Origin: Octopus vulgaris
Lineage: Eukaryota
Direction of reading: 5' to 3'
Assembly (NCBI GenBank): GCA_951406725.2
Contig: OX597828.1
Span: forward strand, 65,348,001-65,412,000
Length of the DNA: 64,000 bases
This document shows, in pieces, positions 13,950 through 27,033 of the stretch. The translations under genes and the position numbers were made by a program. The notes below the pieces were generated by a model. It ran no database searches and had not been told where the DNA came from. It saw nothing but the letters and a program-made list of their open reading frames with translations. Each line of letters opens with the position of its first letter. The stretch's first letter is position 1.

Positions 13950-15010
13950 ATTTATCTTTTATTGGTGTCAGCCTTCGGCTGAGGCCATGCTGGTGCACCA
14001 CAAGTAGTTACTCGGTGTTGTTTCCGATATTGTTTTTGCTGAAGAAGCGTGGTGGACGGAGCGGCTTTACATTGTGTCTCCTGCCGCGTTGTGGATCCAT
14101 TTGGTATCTCATATAGAAACCTGTCCGCACGCTCCTTGAAAACTTCGACATTAACACTATGTAGATCTCTAAGGTTGCCTGGCAGGATGTTGAACGACTG
14201 CGGGCCCTTGAAACCCAGACTATTGCAGTGCTGTGTCCTTATTTTAGATGGGGAAGATTGGATCTTTGGTACGATGCAGTGCCGTTCAGTTCGGGGACTG
14301 GTATAGCTGTCAATTCCAAAATACCACGATCTTCCAAATATATATCACCGCATCTCTCTCTCGTCTTCTCTCCAGGGAATAGAGACCCAGCTCCTTTAGC
14401 CTCTCCCAATAGCCCATCCTTTGCATTGACTCAATCTTCTTTGTTCTATTGGCGCTGGATTGCTTCGAGTTCCACAGTTTGTTTCACACTCTCTGGAGTA
14501 CATAGTTGGGAGCAGTAGTCCAAGCGGCTGAGAACGAAAGTCCTCCATAGGAATAGTAAGGCCTCCCTTTTCCTGTTTCTGAATCTCCTCAGAATCCACC
14601 CAGCCACTCGCCTGAACAGTGTTGACATCTTAGTAATACGCATACGAATGTTGCATCATTGCTCATGTGAACCCCCAGATCACGCACCGACTTTGACTCA
14701 GGGATCGTATTACCTTCTGGTCCTGTGTATTCCGATTTTAGCCTGATGTTGGACCGAGAGTGGAGTGCCTGACATTTCATAGCATTAAACTGCATGTTTT
14801 TTTTAGCCCATTTGTGTATTTCATTCAGGTTTTCCTGCAGTTTTATGATCTCCTCTGGGTTCCTAACTGCCTGTGATAATTATGTGTCGTGAACATAACT
14901 GGTCAGACTGACTGGCTGTACCGCGAGGGGTATGTCTGAGAAGGCCACCACAAATAGTAGTTTCCCTAGTACAGTTCCCTGTGGGACTCCATTGGGAATT
15001 GGTTTCTCTT
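13950..15010 (-). mobile_element. CR1-group LINE, RT C-terminal fragment and 3' end
   Basis: GVPQGTVLG, MQFNAMKC, VRDLGVHMS, SRLDYCSQL, LEAIQR motifs; frameshifted. Confidence 0.9.
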
Positions 15011-15040
15011 CATAGCAGAACTATTTGGACTCCGTATCTA

Positions 15041-15419
15041 AGCTTGTCTGACGCGTTCCACATTTCCCGGGATCCGTACCGTTCGGGGCGCCCCTACTGG
15101 TCTCCTATTCATTAGTGTACCTCGTGTACGAAGTGCATTCACCCAACGTAAGATTGTGTTACGTCTGGGAACGGCGTGATTTTGGTAAATGTTGAAGTGG
15201 TGCCGTTACTCACGCTGAACTGCTGTGACAAACTCGTTATTCTTCCCGTAACTGATGTTCTATCGTCACGTAACACGTCCATAGCACCATGGCTTCCTCT
15301 GAAAAGAACAAAATGCTAAGATAATCCGACCGAATGTTACCTGTCGGACATATGTTCCTCCCCCTGGGGCTAAATGATAGTCATTTCAAGAACTTCCCTC
15401 CTCTTTGCCCCATCTTGTA
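15041..15419 (-). mobile_element. Tc1/mariner-type (DUF4817 HTH) transposase 5' fragment
   Basis: NNEFVTAVQRE*RHHFNIYQNHAVPRRNTILRWVNALRTRGTL..GAPRTVRIPGNVERVRQA; possible TIR remnant near 15380-15419. Confidence 0.8.
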
Positions 15420-15455
15420 CATATTTGTAAGTTTGCATTTATGTGCGCGCGCGTT

Positions 15456-15517
<62 letters not shown>

Positions 15518-16074
15518 GTGTGCGTGCGTGTGAGTGTGTCTGTTATAGCTGTCCACTCGTGAAAGTTTTAAGTGCCCGTTTCATTGTTAGATAGTCCTTC
15601 AACCTAAACTGCTTTCAGCCGTCCATTTTAGTCATGCTGCGTTTCAAGCAACCCTCCACACAGCAGCCTGATACGGGGTTCCGGTTTAGTCGCCGACAAC
15701 CCAACCATGCAGCATGTACTGGATTCCATGTTATCAGTAGCACTCTTGAAAAACCCTACAAATGACCAGACATAACCAGAGAGACAGACAGACAGACAAC
15801 ACATACATACAGACAGACAGACAGACAGACAGACATATAGAGAGAGTATATAATCTTGCTATTGAATAAAATTTATTGCTGTAATCTCAACTTGGAAAAG
15901 CAATATTTTATTTAGTATACCGATATTTCGGTTTACGCACACGCGCACACACAAACACTGTGACACACACACACACGCACATATACACCTTAAAATACAC
16001 ATTTTCATACGTGTGTATATTTTCATATATATGTGACATATGTGTGAGTGTGTGTATAAATATATACGCACACT

Positions 16075-16128
<54 letters not shown>

Positions 16129-16553
16129 TGTGTGTGCACGCGCGTGTGTCTGTATGTGTATATGTATGTATGTATAAATGATTTAAACAGAAATGAGATG
16201 AGAGAAATAATTTAGAATGATCTTTTGTATGAATTTGAACAACAAACACGAATAAATACCACACAACATAAATTCGTAATTTATTGACGTTATCTTCGGT
16301 TACAGACGATGGAAAACAAATGCCGAATGGGAAGAGGAAATTGTCCGGAATTGACATGGTATTAATTAAAAAGCGGTTTGATTGTCTGGAAACAAGAGGA
16401 CAGATGGGAACACGTGTATCTGCTTCAATGGGGTCCATAAAACCTATTATATAACATTAACTTTGATTCATTACAAAACATGAATCTGTCTCCTATATAT
16501 TGACATGTTACTTTTTTGCTGTCAGTTCTCAGTAAGATCTTGCTGGTGTGACT

Positions 16554-16955
16554 ACTGTTGCTGTTGCTGTTGAGAGAAGCGGTCTTCGTCCCAGAGCTCG
16601 CAAGATCGCGCCCCTGTAGTGGGAGAAGTCCGAAACGTGGTCCTTTGCTATTCGTAAGACCCGAAGAAGAGAAAGCAGATCAACCCCCGACACCGAGAGC
16701 ATCGACGGATGGATGAATGCACATCCAGGCTCAGCGGTTGTATAGGAAGTCGGGGACAGGAAACAGGAAGAAAGAGTGGGAGAAAGTTGGAGCGAAAGAG
16801 TACAACAGGGGTCGCCACCCCACCCCCTGCCGGAGCCTCGTGGAGCTTTAGGTGTTTTCGCTCAATAAACACACACAACGCCCGGTCTGGGAATCGAAAC
16901 CGCGATCCTCCGACCGCGAGTCCGCTGCCCTAACCATTGGGCCATTAGACCTCCA
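16554..16955 (-). mobile_element. SINE with family C head and a different tail
   Basis: Head nearly identical to the 13533 copy; distinct tail ending (CAACAG)n; imperfect TSD CTTGCTGnnGTGACT at 16539-16553 and 16956-16970. Confidence 0.85.
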
Positions 16956-17349
16956 CTTGCTGAAGTGACTGATAGGGAGTACGGTACGCTGCTTTCGGTA
17001 GTTAACAATCCTTGTAACATTAACCATGTTTAAAGTGTCGCTTGCATCTAGTCTTCAAGCCATTTACTCGCCTCACAGATATCGCTACACAGCTTAGAGT
17101 AAGCCTTTGTCATCATGGCGTTATTTGTGTTTTCAAACTTCGTCAAAAGGTCGGCGACCCTGTTCCGTACTCCCTATCAGCCACCATCTGCCACCAAGCT
17201 CTTACTGAGAATTCTTATAAAGAGGTCGAATCGCCAACCAAAGAACAGCTGGTGAAAATACAGAAGGGGTTCTACGTAACGGTGGAGCTGGAAACTAGAG
17301 TTACGAAGATAGTGATGTGAGTTATATCTTTGGCTCTTTGCTAACTTAC

Positions 17350-17394
17350 AGTGGTCTTAAGTTTAACCTCACCCAAAATGTCCCTTTCATACTT
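17350..17394 (-). pseudogene. Candidate 45-bp mini-exon of copy 1
   Basis: tttgatAG | KYERDILGEVKLKTT | GTAAGT. Stop-free and a multiple of 3. Confidence 0.4.
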
Positions 17395-17551
17395 CTATCA
17401 AATACGAAATGAAGTTTTTTTCTAATTCATTTGCATTTTACTAATCGCCGCTCTTGGGGTGTGTTTGCACGCGTGTGTGAGTGTGCGTTTTGTGTGTATT
17501 TATATTTATGTATATATGTATGTATAGATATGCGCACACGCACACATGTAT

Positions 17552-17588
17552 TAGATAGATAGATAGACAGACAGACAGATAGATAGAC

Positions 17589-17639
<51 letters not shown>

Positions 17640-17739
17640 CAGTCAGGCAGACAGACAGACAGACAGATAGATTGATAGGTAGACAGATAGATAGGTAGAT
17701 AGATAAATAGATAGATAGATAGATAGATAGAGATAGATT

Positions 17740-17771
<32 letters not shown>

Positions 17772-17860
17772 TAAGTAGATAGATAGATAGAGAGAGAGAT
17801 AAGTAGATAGATAGATAGAGAGAGAGATAGGTAGATAGACAGATAGATAGACAGACAGAC
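17552..17860. repeat. (GATA/GACA)n compound microsatellite
   Basis: Read directly; similar tracts at 28425-28527, 32214-32286, 54990-55160 and 60652-60752. Confidence 0.95.
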
Positions 17861-18712
17861 ACATATATATATATCATATAACACATATATATATGTATGT
17901 ATGTACATTAAGTGAATCTTTTAAGGAAGTGAGAAATAATTACGTGTCACGAGTATTTATCAGTCTCGAATTATTCACCATATAAAAGCAATGTTAATGT
18001 ATTGTTTGGCGGATTTTTATTGAACAGACACTGTTTGCTCATTTACCCACAGAGAAAGAGAAACATTGATACACAGTGAGATAAGAGACAAGAAATCTTT
18101 TGCCAGTAATGCATTACTTTAGATCGAAGGACATTTTTTTCTATCGGAGATTAAATATCTGGAAATATGGAAGCTTAAAATAACCATAACAGAAAAGTTT
18201 TCTCATATTTATCATCCAATTTCAGATTGAGCAAACTAAAGGACAAAAGATGTAGAAGTGTTAAGGAAAGTATTGTGTCGTTTAAAATCGGTATAAATAT
18301 AGTAATAGGTACGGTTGCTTCCATTTACGAAGAGAAACTATTCCTGAAATATATAATTGATATTGGAATATGTTACCAAGGTCTGTACACAAAAAAAATA
18401 TTTCCCCACCAAAAGAACTAAGAGTACAGAGCAACATTAACAGTGTTGATACTTTGAAAAGAAATTGATATAATATGAATCATTAATTAACAATGAAGCC
18501 TTAAGCAAATAGGCTGATCGTAAACACTAACAGATGCAAGCTGTCGCCTATGCTATCGGTAAATATTTATAGAACCTGCAACGCAGCCTCGGCTTGTCAG
18601 GAATTTATCATCCATTCTGTAGTACTAGCATGAAAGTGTGTTTCAGTGTGTGTGAGGAATGACAGACTAAGGGTACTCAGTTACCTGCACACATATGTAT
18701 ATATATATATAC

Positions 18713-18756
<44 letters not shown>

Positions 18757-18758
<2 letters not shown>

Positions 18759-18842
18759 TTTATAGAATTTTGCAATCAAACGGACAATGCACATTCTTAT
18801 CCCTATGTGCATTGTCCGTTTGATTGGAAAATTCTATAAGTG
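18757..18842. repeat. Fold-back hairpin (38-bp arms, 10-nt loop) next to (TA)n
   Basis: 18757-18794 is the reverse complement of 18805-18842 with 2 mismatches. Confidence 0.95.
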
Positions 18843-18926
18843 GCTGAAGATTGCTCAACATTTTAAAACTGCTGTAATACTTACAGTGTTTGATAAAATG
18901 ATGTAGCATGAAACAATTGTACTACT
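18839..18926 (+). ncRNA. Type I hammerhead ribozyme motif with extended stem II
   Basis: Stem I AGTGG/CTACT; core CTGAAGA; long stem II (TGCT..ACATTTTA/TAAAATG..AGCA with inner hairpin); GAAA; palindromic stem III ACAATTGT; GUA cleavage triplet. Confidence 0.75.
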
Positions 18927-19056
18927 CTACCTTGGATATACTTGTTGCTTATTTTGATTATAATCGCCCCATTTGATTTATATGGATAATACCATACAAA
19001 ATGATGTTGCCTTTGACTTAAGTACCATATTCATCTGAATCTAAATTTTGCTGAAC

Positions 19057-19103
<47 letters not shown>

Positions 19104-19839
19104 GCATATATGATTATGAGCTAAGAAAAAATAAGTCATCATATTGTCAGGAAGTGCTTCTTTAAATTGATAGGATATTGTGTGTGATCATATAATTTAA
19201 ACATGTTATTTCGTATACATTCACTAATACCAATCTACTTCAGGCATATGTACACATAAAACACATTCCCTCGCTTACGGAGCAACTAAAACCAGAAACA
19301 GCTGTAAAGTATTACAAGTACTCTTTACTCTCTTATTTGTGTTGTTCGAGAATGAACACTTTATTTTAAGCACCTAACCAAAATCAATGACACCAATGAA
19401 CTATCTGGAATTCTTCTCTTTTACCTGTGACATTTGAGTATGAACTTTCAGAATGTTTCATATCCATCTGTGAAGTGTTACTATGAACCCTCGCTTTCTT
19501 GATTTTCCTGTTTTCCCGCTTAAATAATATATTTTTGTACACACTTCTCTATAATTATTTTATAAATGATTTGATGCTATTAACAAGATGAACGGATATA
19601 TATCAAATACCATACAAGTTAAATTCTTGATTCCCTGAAATTATCTTCTCTTTGAGAGAAAACTAAACATGTGACTCGAGACAATTACGACCAACTCTAA
19701 ATGAGAAGGGGGATAATTTTAAGAATCAAGTATTTCTCCGAAACGGACTTGCCACTATTGAAAAGAAAGTGTCAGTGCCTGGAGTTAAGAGGGCAGAGGT
19801 GAACACGAGTTTGTGCCTCATTAGTAGTCATCATCAAGA

Positions 19840-19999
19840 TCGACTTGATTATATATTATTTCCTTTCAGTTGAAGAGCGTAGGCTCGAAACGTAAAAGAC
19901 TTTCTCACTTCCTGAGCATCAGACTAATACACCTGTTTGTTGTTTACACACCTGTCTTTGTCTTTTGTTTTTGTTTTGTTTTGTAAATTACAAATATAC

Positions 20000-20055
<56 letters not shown>

Positions 20056-20360
20056 ATGTGTCTCTGTGTGTGTATGTATGTATTTATGTAAATATGTATA
20101 AAGGAATAAATGAGTGAATGAATGTATGTATGTATATATAGGGAGAGTTTACGAAAACAACAAAAGACGAAGACAGGTGGTGTACAAAAATAGATGTATT
20201 AGTATAACGCTCAGGAATAGAAAAAGTCTTTTACGTTTCGAGCCTACGCTCTTCTACAGAAAGGGACACAGAGAAAAAAAAACAAGAAGAGAAAAAAATG
20301 TGTGTAGTGGCTACCAATCTATCATGACGACTGCCGGACAGAAGGGTCACACAGGAGACG
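19840..20360. mobile_element. Two PLE terminal fragments in inverted orientation around (TG)n
   Basis: The GAGCGTAGGCTCGAAACGT module is on + at 19863-19898 and on - at 20228-20263, each with homologous tails. Confidence 0.8.
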
Positions 20361-21214
20361 AAAATATAAATATATCTTTTATCTTACATTTTTTACTTAT
20401 CTCAGTCAGTAGACTGGCTAGATAAATGTAATTATATTATTTTGATAAAATGCATAACGCTGTAAACCTATGAATGTAAGTCTAAATATTTGTAACATAT
20501 TGCACGATATTCTTGCAATACTTGAATATGGTAAGACCATGGCGATGGCTACACATTAACCAGCATAAAGGCACCATTCAGTATCTGTTGTGACTGCTTG
20601 AATGAACTACACTTAACGAGTAATAATTTGAAAAATCAATCGGATGCAATGCGAAAATATTTTGCTATCAGTTTACAAGAAGCTGGCCGGAAGTTAGAAG
20701 ATACTTTGCACCTCAACTAGAATAACAGAAGGAAGGACGTTGTTGCCTTTGTTGATACTATTGCTTAAGGAAGGATATGTTTTCAATATGTTTTCAAAGA
20801 CTAATATTTCCGAGATATGACTTTGCATTTACATTAATCATAGGACAGCAAATAGATATCTATGTCGCCTTTATTATATATTCCTCCTTTATATTATCTT
20901 GAGAAACAACATGGAGTAACTGTGTAATAATAAGATGAAACTTATATCTTATGTATATAAATTTAATATCAAGGAAGAAGCAAATAAAACCAAACCTAAA
21001 TTAAGTGTGGTTCTGAGTGCCGTATGTTGCTGAAAGTTTTATGTTCTCAGAAAGGATCCTTGTGTTCAAAGGTTCCTTTATTTTCCATTCAAGTTTTTAT
21101 AAAGTTGTTACCGTACATTCATAATTGTACACAGCTGTTGGTTTGGATTTCGCTGCTGTTTGTATGCTGAGATCGAATTTTTAATGGCTATTCTTTGCTA
21201 GTTAGAAAATTATA

Positions 21215-21640
21215 GGCGCAGGAGTGGCTGTGTGGTAAGTAGCTTGTTTACCAACCACATGGTTCGGGGTTCAGTCCCAGTGTGTGGCACCTCGGGCAAG
21301 TGTCTTCTACTATAGCCTCGGGCCGACCAGAGCCTTGTGAGTGGATTTGGTAGACGGAAACTGAAAGAAGCCCGTCGTATATATGTATATATATATATAT
21401 ATTTATGCGTGTGTGTGTTTGTGTGTCTGTGTTTGTCCCCCTAGCATTGCTTGACAACCGATGCTGGTGTGTTTATGTCCCCGTCACTTAGCGGTTCGGC
21501 AAAAGAGACCGATAGAATAAGTACTGGGATTACAAAAGAATAAGTCCCGGGGTCGAGTTGCTCGATTAAAGGTGGTGCTCCAGCATGGCCGCAGTCAAAT
21601 GACTGAAACAAGTAAAAGAGTAAAAGAGAGAGAGAGAGTT
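21215..21640 (+). mobile_element. SINE family B, full copy
   Basis: Head GGCGCAGGAGTGGCTGTGTGGTAAG, GGGCAAGTGTCTT block, internal (TA)/(TG), tail CAGCATGGCCGCAGTCAAATGACTGAAACAAGTAAAAGAG. Confidence 0.9.
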
Positions 21641-21808
21641 GCAACATTGTATGTGCTTAAGCTAGCTAACCATTCATTACCAAAATTGTAAATTAATACT
21701 GCTGTACTTGTTTTATCAAGTGATTTATAATATGTACTGGTAGGTGCTATGACTGTCTTCTAAACTTTAGGCAAAGAAATGGAACTGCTGTAAAATATGA
21801 ACACTTAC

Positions 21809-22440
21809 CCTTATTTCTTTTTCATGTTTACTAGGAATGGCGGTAGAATTCGACCTTTCGGCAATGCACTTATCTACGCGTAAGATGTTTCGAATTAAAA
21901 TTCATTTATGCGTTCGGTTTGTGAAGCAGTTGCTTGTCTTTCGCTTGATACGTTTTCATTCTTGATGCCATTTTGCATGGATCTTGTTTGAAAAGTTTTG
22001 TTATTCTTTTATTTTTTACTTCTTCGTAAATAATCAAGATGAATAAACCGATGTGTGACAGATTGTCTTCCAAATGGTTGTCTTCTTAAATCCCCCTTAA
22101 TTATCCTCTTAAAAGTGTACATTATAACACTTGTCCTTTGGCTAAGGTTCACTGAAAACTAGTCAAGTTGATCTCTTAAAGTTGATCGACTTAGAGTTTT
22201 GCATATTCTCCAAAACAATGATAGTCGACGAAATGTGATTCCCAAATACTGTTATCTTGTAGTGTGTGGACTCGATTACTGAAAAATTGCGCCAGTTTTC
22301 TCGTTTGCATTTATAGTGTTTTTAACGCATACTGAAACTTCAAATCATTTTCAGAGATCATACTGAGATTTTTATCTACTTCCTCATCTACTCTAAGAAT
22401 ATGGCCATTCATACGACATTAAAGTTTAATTTTGCCAGAA
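21809..22440 (-). pseudogene. Candidate exon relic of copy 1
   Basis: About 200 codons in one frame with roughly 6 stops, ending at a consensus GTAAGT donor. No diagnostic motif recognised. Confidence 0.35.
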
Positions 22441-22506
22441 CCCAGTTAAAATCACTTCTTTTTTACAATATTTAAGGTAATTACCCAACCAGCTAATTAA
22501 CAACGA

Positions 22507-22540
<34 letters not shown>

Positions 22541-22544
<4 letters not shown>

Positions 22545-23325
22545 CTCGCGCCATTTCCGCTCTACCGGTAATTCTTTACAACACCTGTCTGTATTCGGAT
22601 TGTCCTTGCACAAGGGCCATCCGTGAACAGAATTAATTATCTCTCTTCGCTCATGTGCGCCACATGGGCTCAACTCTCCCTTTTTCATTTAACCCCCTCC
22701 TCTCTCCTCTCACGCCTATTTCCTCCCTTCATTCCCACATACCCTACCCCACCGCTACTCCCACCCTCAGCCTACCCACATACCTCACCTGTACCCCCAC
22801 CCTCAGCCTAACCTACACCCCATCCTTGCTTTCCCCACTCTTGCCTCTCCCACCTCCCAACACCAAACCACACACTACTACACCATGCACCACCATACCA
22901 CACAACACCACATCATATCATATCACACCACCACGCGCACTGACCACTTCCCAGCACCCACATCCACACACCTACTCATACACACACGCACACGTCAAGG
23001 TCACAAGCGCTCTTCCACATGCACATATATACTCTCTTATACACACGCACGCGCAACTCGTTTTGGGATCACCAATACTTTATTATCTGACCTTCATCCT
23101 AGCTCTCTTATGTGACCCCTCTGTTCAGCATTCACCATGATGAATCGCTAGCCACTACACATTCTTTATTTTCTCTCCTTGTTTCTTTCTGTGTTCCTTT
23201 CTGTGGAAGAGCGTAGGCTCGAAACGTTAAAGACTTTTTCACTTCCCGAGCGTTAAACTAATGCATCTGTTTGTTGTCTACACCACCTGTCTTCGTCTTT
23301 TGTTTTTTTGTGTGAATTCTCCCTA
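22541..23325 (+). mobile_element. Penelope-like element 3' fragment between (TA)n tracts
   Basis: SRHFRSTGNSLQHLSVFGLSLHKG..LRSCAPHGLN (GIY-YIG C-terminus), C-rich UTR and terminal hammerhead-like module. Confidence 0.85.
23197..23232 (+). ncRNA. Minimal hammerhead-like motif, U6 core variant
   Basis: CTTT-CTGTGGA-A-GAGC(GTAG)GCTC-GAAA-CGT-T-AAAG. Homologues at 19863, 20228, 31127 and 43347. Confidence 0.6.
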
Positions 23326-23372
23326 TATGTATGTATATATATATATATATATGTATGTATATATGTATATAT

Positions 23373-23451
<79 letters not shown>

Positions 23452-23919
23452 AATCAATTAAAAGCAACACAAGGAATTATTCGCTGTAATCAGTGTATGA
23501 TAAATAACGTGCCCTTCCCGATGTGGCTGTTAAAAGAAAGGATATAACCATTTCCCTATATTCGTTCGTATGAATTATGAAGCCAAGAAAATAACATTAA
23601 CCTCTCAAAATTGAAAGAAGTTGCCTTCCGCATAAATTCATAATCTATCTCTTTGTTGCATTTTCATATCAATAACATTTCTAAGGTATTTGTTGTTCCG
23701 TGTAAATATATTTTCTTGGTGTACTTAAAATTATGTAAACAAAATCTGAAAAATAAAATTTCCATTAAATCTTTAATTAACCCTTGAAAGGTAAAATATT
23801 CTTTGCTATGGCAGTACTAAAAATTTCAGTTAACATTTTATTACTTGATTTTTACGAGTTGTGTTATAAATATTTGTGGTTCTATAGCATAAAATACCGT
23901 TTTGACTATGTCTGTATAA

Positions 23920-23953
<34 letters not shown>

Positions 23954-24142
23954 TTGTGTGTGAAGATAGATAAGATAGAAAAATAGGTAGATATATTTAA
24001 ATACATTTATATTTATACTTATAAGCATTATATAAATGCATGCATATATATATACATACATTCATACATACATATATAGATTATATATATACATACATAC
24101 ATACATACATACATACATACATACATACATACATACATACAG

Positions 24143-24211
<69 letters not shown>

Positions 24212-24246
24212 CATGTATGTATGTATGTATGTATGTATATACGTAC

Positions 24247-25365
24247 GTGAATTCGAGCGTTGATTTGGTTATGTCAATTTTCTTGTGGTGTTGATGGAGT
24301 TGCTTCGTTGGTTGTTAGTTTAGGATGTTAATGAAATTACGCTGATACTCGAAAGCCGTTGTATATGGAAAAAAAAACCACCGCGGCACAAATCCAGTGC
24401 TGTCCATACAATGAACTATTCATCAAATTTATAATTTATTCACAACTTAAATGCAGGAACTCTGAAGGTTGTGGTTAGCATTTTTGTATTTAACTGTGGG
24501 GTGTGAGGTGCTTTTGCATTCCTCGCCATTGAATCAGCTGATGCTGGAACGTCGTCTTTGTACGAAAATTATAGACAAGAAGGAAACTTAAATGCGCGTT
24601 AGTTGCGGAGAAAATGGACTGCAGAAAGTTTACAGGACAAGATATTGATGAATTAGCATATCAGAGATGATAGGAAGAGCAAAGTTGTCTTTCGTTTAAG
24701 GCATTTAAGTCCAGTATAGCAGAGGACGATATAGGGATCTTTTCGGTTTGAACGGCAGTCTTTTTTTAATAATTTCCACGTAACTAACTTCGTATACTGG
24801 TAGAATGTGTTTATAAAACATCTTTTTCTCTTGGCTTTATTGAGAAAATTCTATTGTTTGTAAGATATTTGTTGTTGTTTTTCTTCAATTTCTGCAATTT
24901 CAACCAATCAATGACGTCTACTGAGGTGAAAACATTCTGTGCCGTATGAATATGTCCCTCGTTTAAGAAACAGATTGGGTTTATTTACATTTCTGAAGAA
25001 AAAAAGAAACCTTCCCCCACCCCTAACCCTAACCCTAAAACAGATTGAAATGCAATAGATCGATACTAGGGTCATAATTATGGGTGACAATTTCATATGA
25101 CACCGCTAGAAAAAACTGCCGTTCAAACCGAAAAGATCCTGATATAGTGTCTGATGAAAAATACAGCGTGAAAACTGCATATGTAAGCTATAGGTTGTAC
25201 TGGGTTGAGAAGAGAATCTTTTACAACTGGATTTCATTTTTAAATAGAGTATAAAGTGTATGAGTGTATAGCAACTGTACCAACCCATATTTGTAAGTAG
25301 TACTCTAAGGGGAATCGACGACGTGCAGCTAGGTTGAGTGGACGATTAGTTGCCATATATTTTGG
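24247..25365 (-). pseudogene. LLTP copy 1 exon relic interrupted by a MITE
   Basis: Acceptor ttttttcatAG, [37 protein letters not shown], donor GTACGT. Reading continues across the MITE site (24735-25139) once the MITE and one TSD copy are removed. Confidence 0.4.
24735..25139. mobile_element. Non-autonomous DNA transposon (MITE), ~30-bp TIRs, 8-bp TSD
   Basis: TIR GGATCTTTTCGGTTTGAACGGCAGT at both ends; TSD (C/T)GATATAG at 24727-24734 and 25140-25147. GG termini with an 8-bp TSD suggest Merlin or Mutator (inference). Confidence 0.9.
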
Positions 25366-26049
25366 CTATGAAAAAAGTACAACGTCAATCACGAGATATA
25401 TAAAATACTTGCTAGATGTTATATACCGTATCGATTCCCGTACCCGAGTTTTCTTTTATTTAATATTTATTTAACACAGTTATTTTATTGATATTAAAAA
25501 TAAGTGTTTGTTTAATATTTTTGTCATTTTTTTTTTGCTTTAAAACACATTAGTCACAACTGTCTACTTACAGAAGCACATCCAGTTAATACCAAATTGA
25601 TTTTTTTTTCAGTTGTGAGTGAACTTGCAAGCAAATAAAATCATCGATCCGAATATAAATCAAAATTATCCTGATTCCTTAATAGTTTGTGTTTTTACTG
25701 ATCCAGAACCATTTTGTTTCATTTTAGTCCAATTCGTTATTTGGTGAGAAAATGAAGGGGAAGTAGTTGATAAAAAGTACTTCGAAATTAAAAAAAAGGA
25801 GAGCGATGCATAGCCTGCGCGCAGGTAAATTTTTTCGCAAATTATAATGTGGCTTGCAATGTGTTGCTTACCCATGCTTTTTAATTGAACTGAATTTAAT
25901 ATTATTTTCGTTTTTTTTTTTTTAAGTATCATCATTATAGGTATTTATACTCCGGTGAAATTACGAAATTAAGTCGTGAATAAACGAATCCCTTGAATCC
26001 ATCACTGCACACACTCACACACAGAGTTGCTTATCTATGTATGTAGGTA

Positions 26050-26378
26050 GGGAGGTATGTACCCACACGTGTCTACGCGCATAAGTACATCATGATTTAT
26101 ACACACGCAGATGAAGGTTGATTCATATGAAAAAGAAAGTGAACAAAATAAAATGACCACTTGCTTATCGGAAAATTTGTAAGTTCGACTTTTTAAAGTC
26201 TTTTTTTTTTAAGATAATCAAACCAAACATTCATCATTTCAAGCTGCTCACCCGATGAGTATTTCTGCCAAATATGGTGAAAATCCGTTCGGCCGTTTTC
26301 CAGTAATTTTGCAAACACACAAACAGACGAAATCGAGTGATTACACTACCCTGCTTTCGCTTACGCGCGTAGATTACC
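26050..26378 (+). mobile_element. Possible non-autonomous Helitron/Helentron-type repeat
   Basis: CCAAATATGGTGAAAATCCGTTCGGCCGTTT block, ACAAACAGAC microrepeat and subterminal palindrome TACGCGCGTA. Assignment by resemblance only. Confidence 0.35.
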
Positions 26379-26769
26379 GGATCTCTAAATCTATTTGCCC
26401 AAAATAAATCATGCTAGCTCCACAAATTATATCAGTTACCTATAGTTATGAGCTTATAATAAAAAACTAACCTAAATCAAATTCATTATTTGATCACCCT
26501 AAAAGGCGGCGAGCTAGCAGAATCTTTACCTCGCCGGACAGAGTAAGTGACATATTCCTTTCAGGTTTGCATGAGATATATCTTTAAAATCCATAATCGT
26601 TACACTATCCAGAATTCCCTCCTTAGAACTCCCTTAACTTACTTTAAGGAATTCATGATGTAAAACTGGTACATACATAATTAAATCCAGTGTATTGAAA
26701 CAGCTACAGACTTTGAACCAAAAAATATAAGTTAACAAACACATAATACTTCATGAGTTAAAAATAATT

Positions 26770-27033
26770 ATTCCTTTCTACTAAAGGCACAAGGTCTGAA
26801 ATTTGGAGGGAATGGACTAGTCGATTACACCGACCCCAGTGTTTCATTGGTACTTAATTCATCGACCCCAATAGGATAAAGTCGACCTCGCGGAATTTCA
26901 ACTCAGAACGTTGACGGACGCAATGCTGCGAAGCATTTTGCCAGGCGTACTAACTATTCTGCTTGGTCACCGGACGAAATGTTGCGAAGCATTTTTGCCT
27001 GGCATGCTAACGATTCTAGCAACTCGCCGTCTT
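26770..27033 (-). mobile_element. SINE family A-related
   Basis: GTCGATTACACCGACCCCAGTG..GTCGACCTCGCGGAATT; partially duplicated head. Confidence 0.8.

Noticed and set aside
16966-17184. ~20-bp inverted repeat (GTGnCTGATAGGGAGTACGG) spaced ~180 bp
   Set aside because: No TSD or family support is visible, and it is too short to interpret.
22655-23140. Pro/Thr/His-rich 161-aa ORF (and 43480-43956)
   Set aside because: It is the C-rich 3' UTR of a Penelope element; the frame is not conserved between the two copies.
25021-25038. Telomeric repeat as a chromosome end or fusion scar
   Set aside because: Only three units, and they lie inside a MITE.
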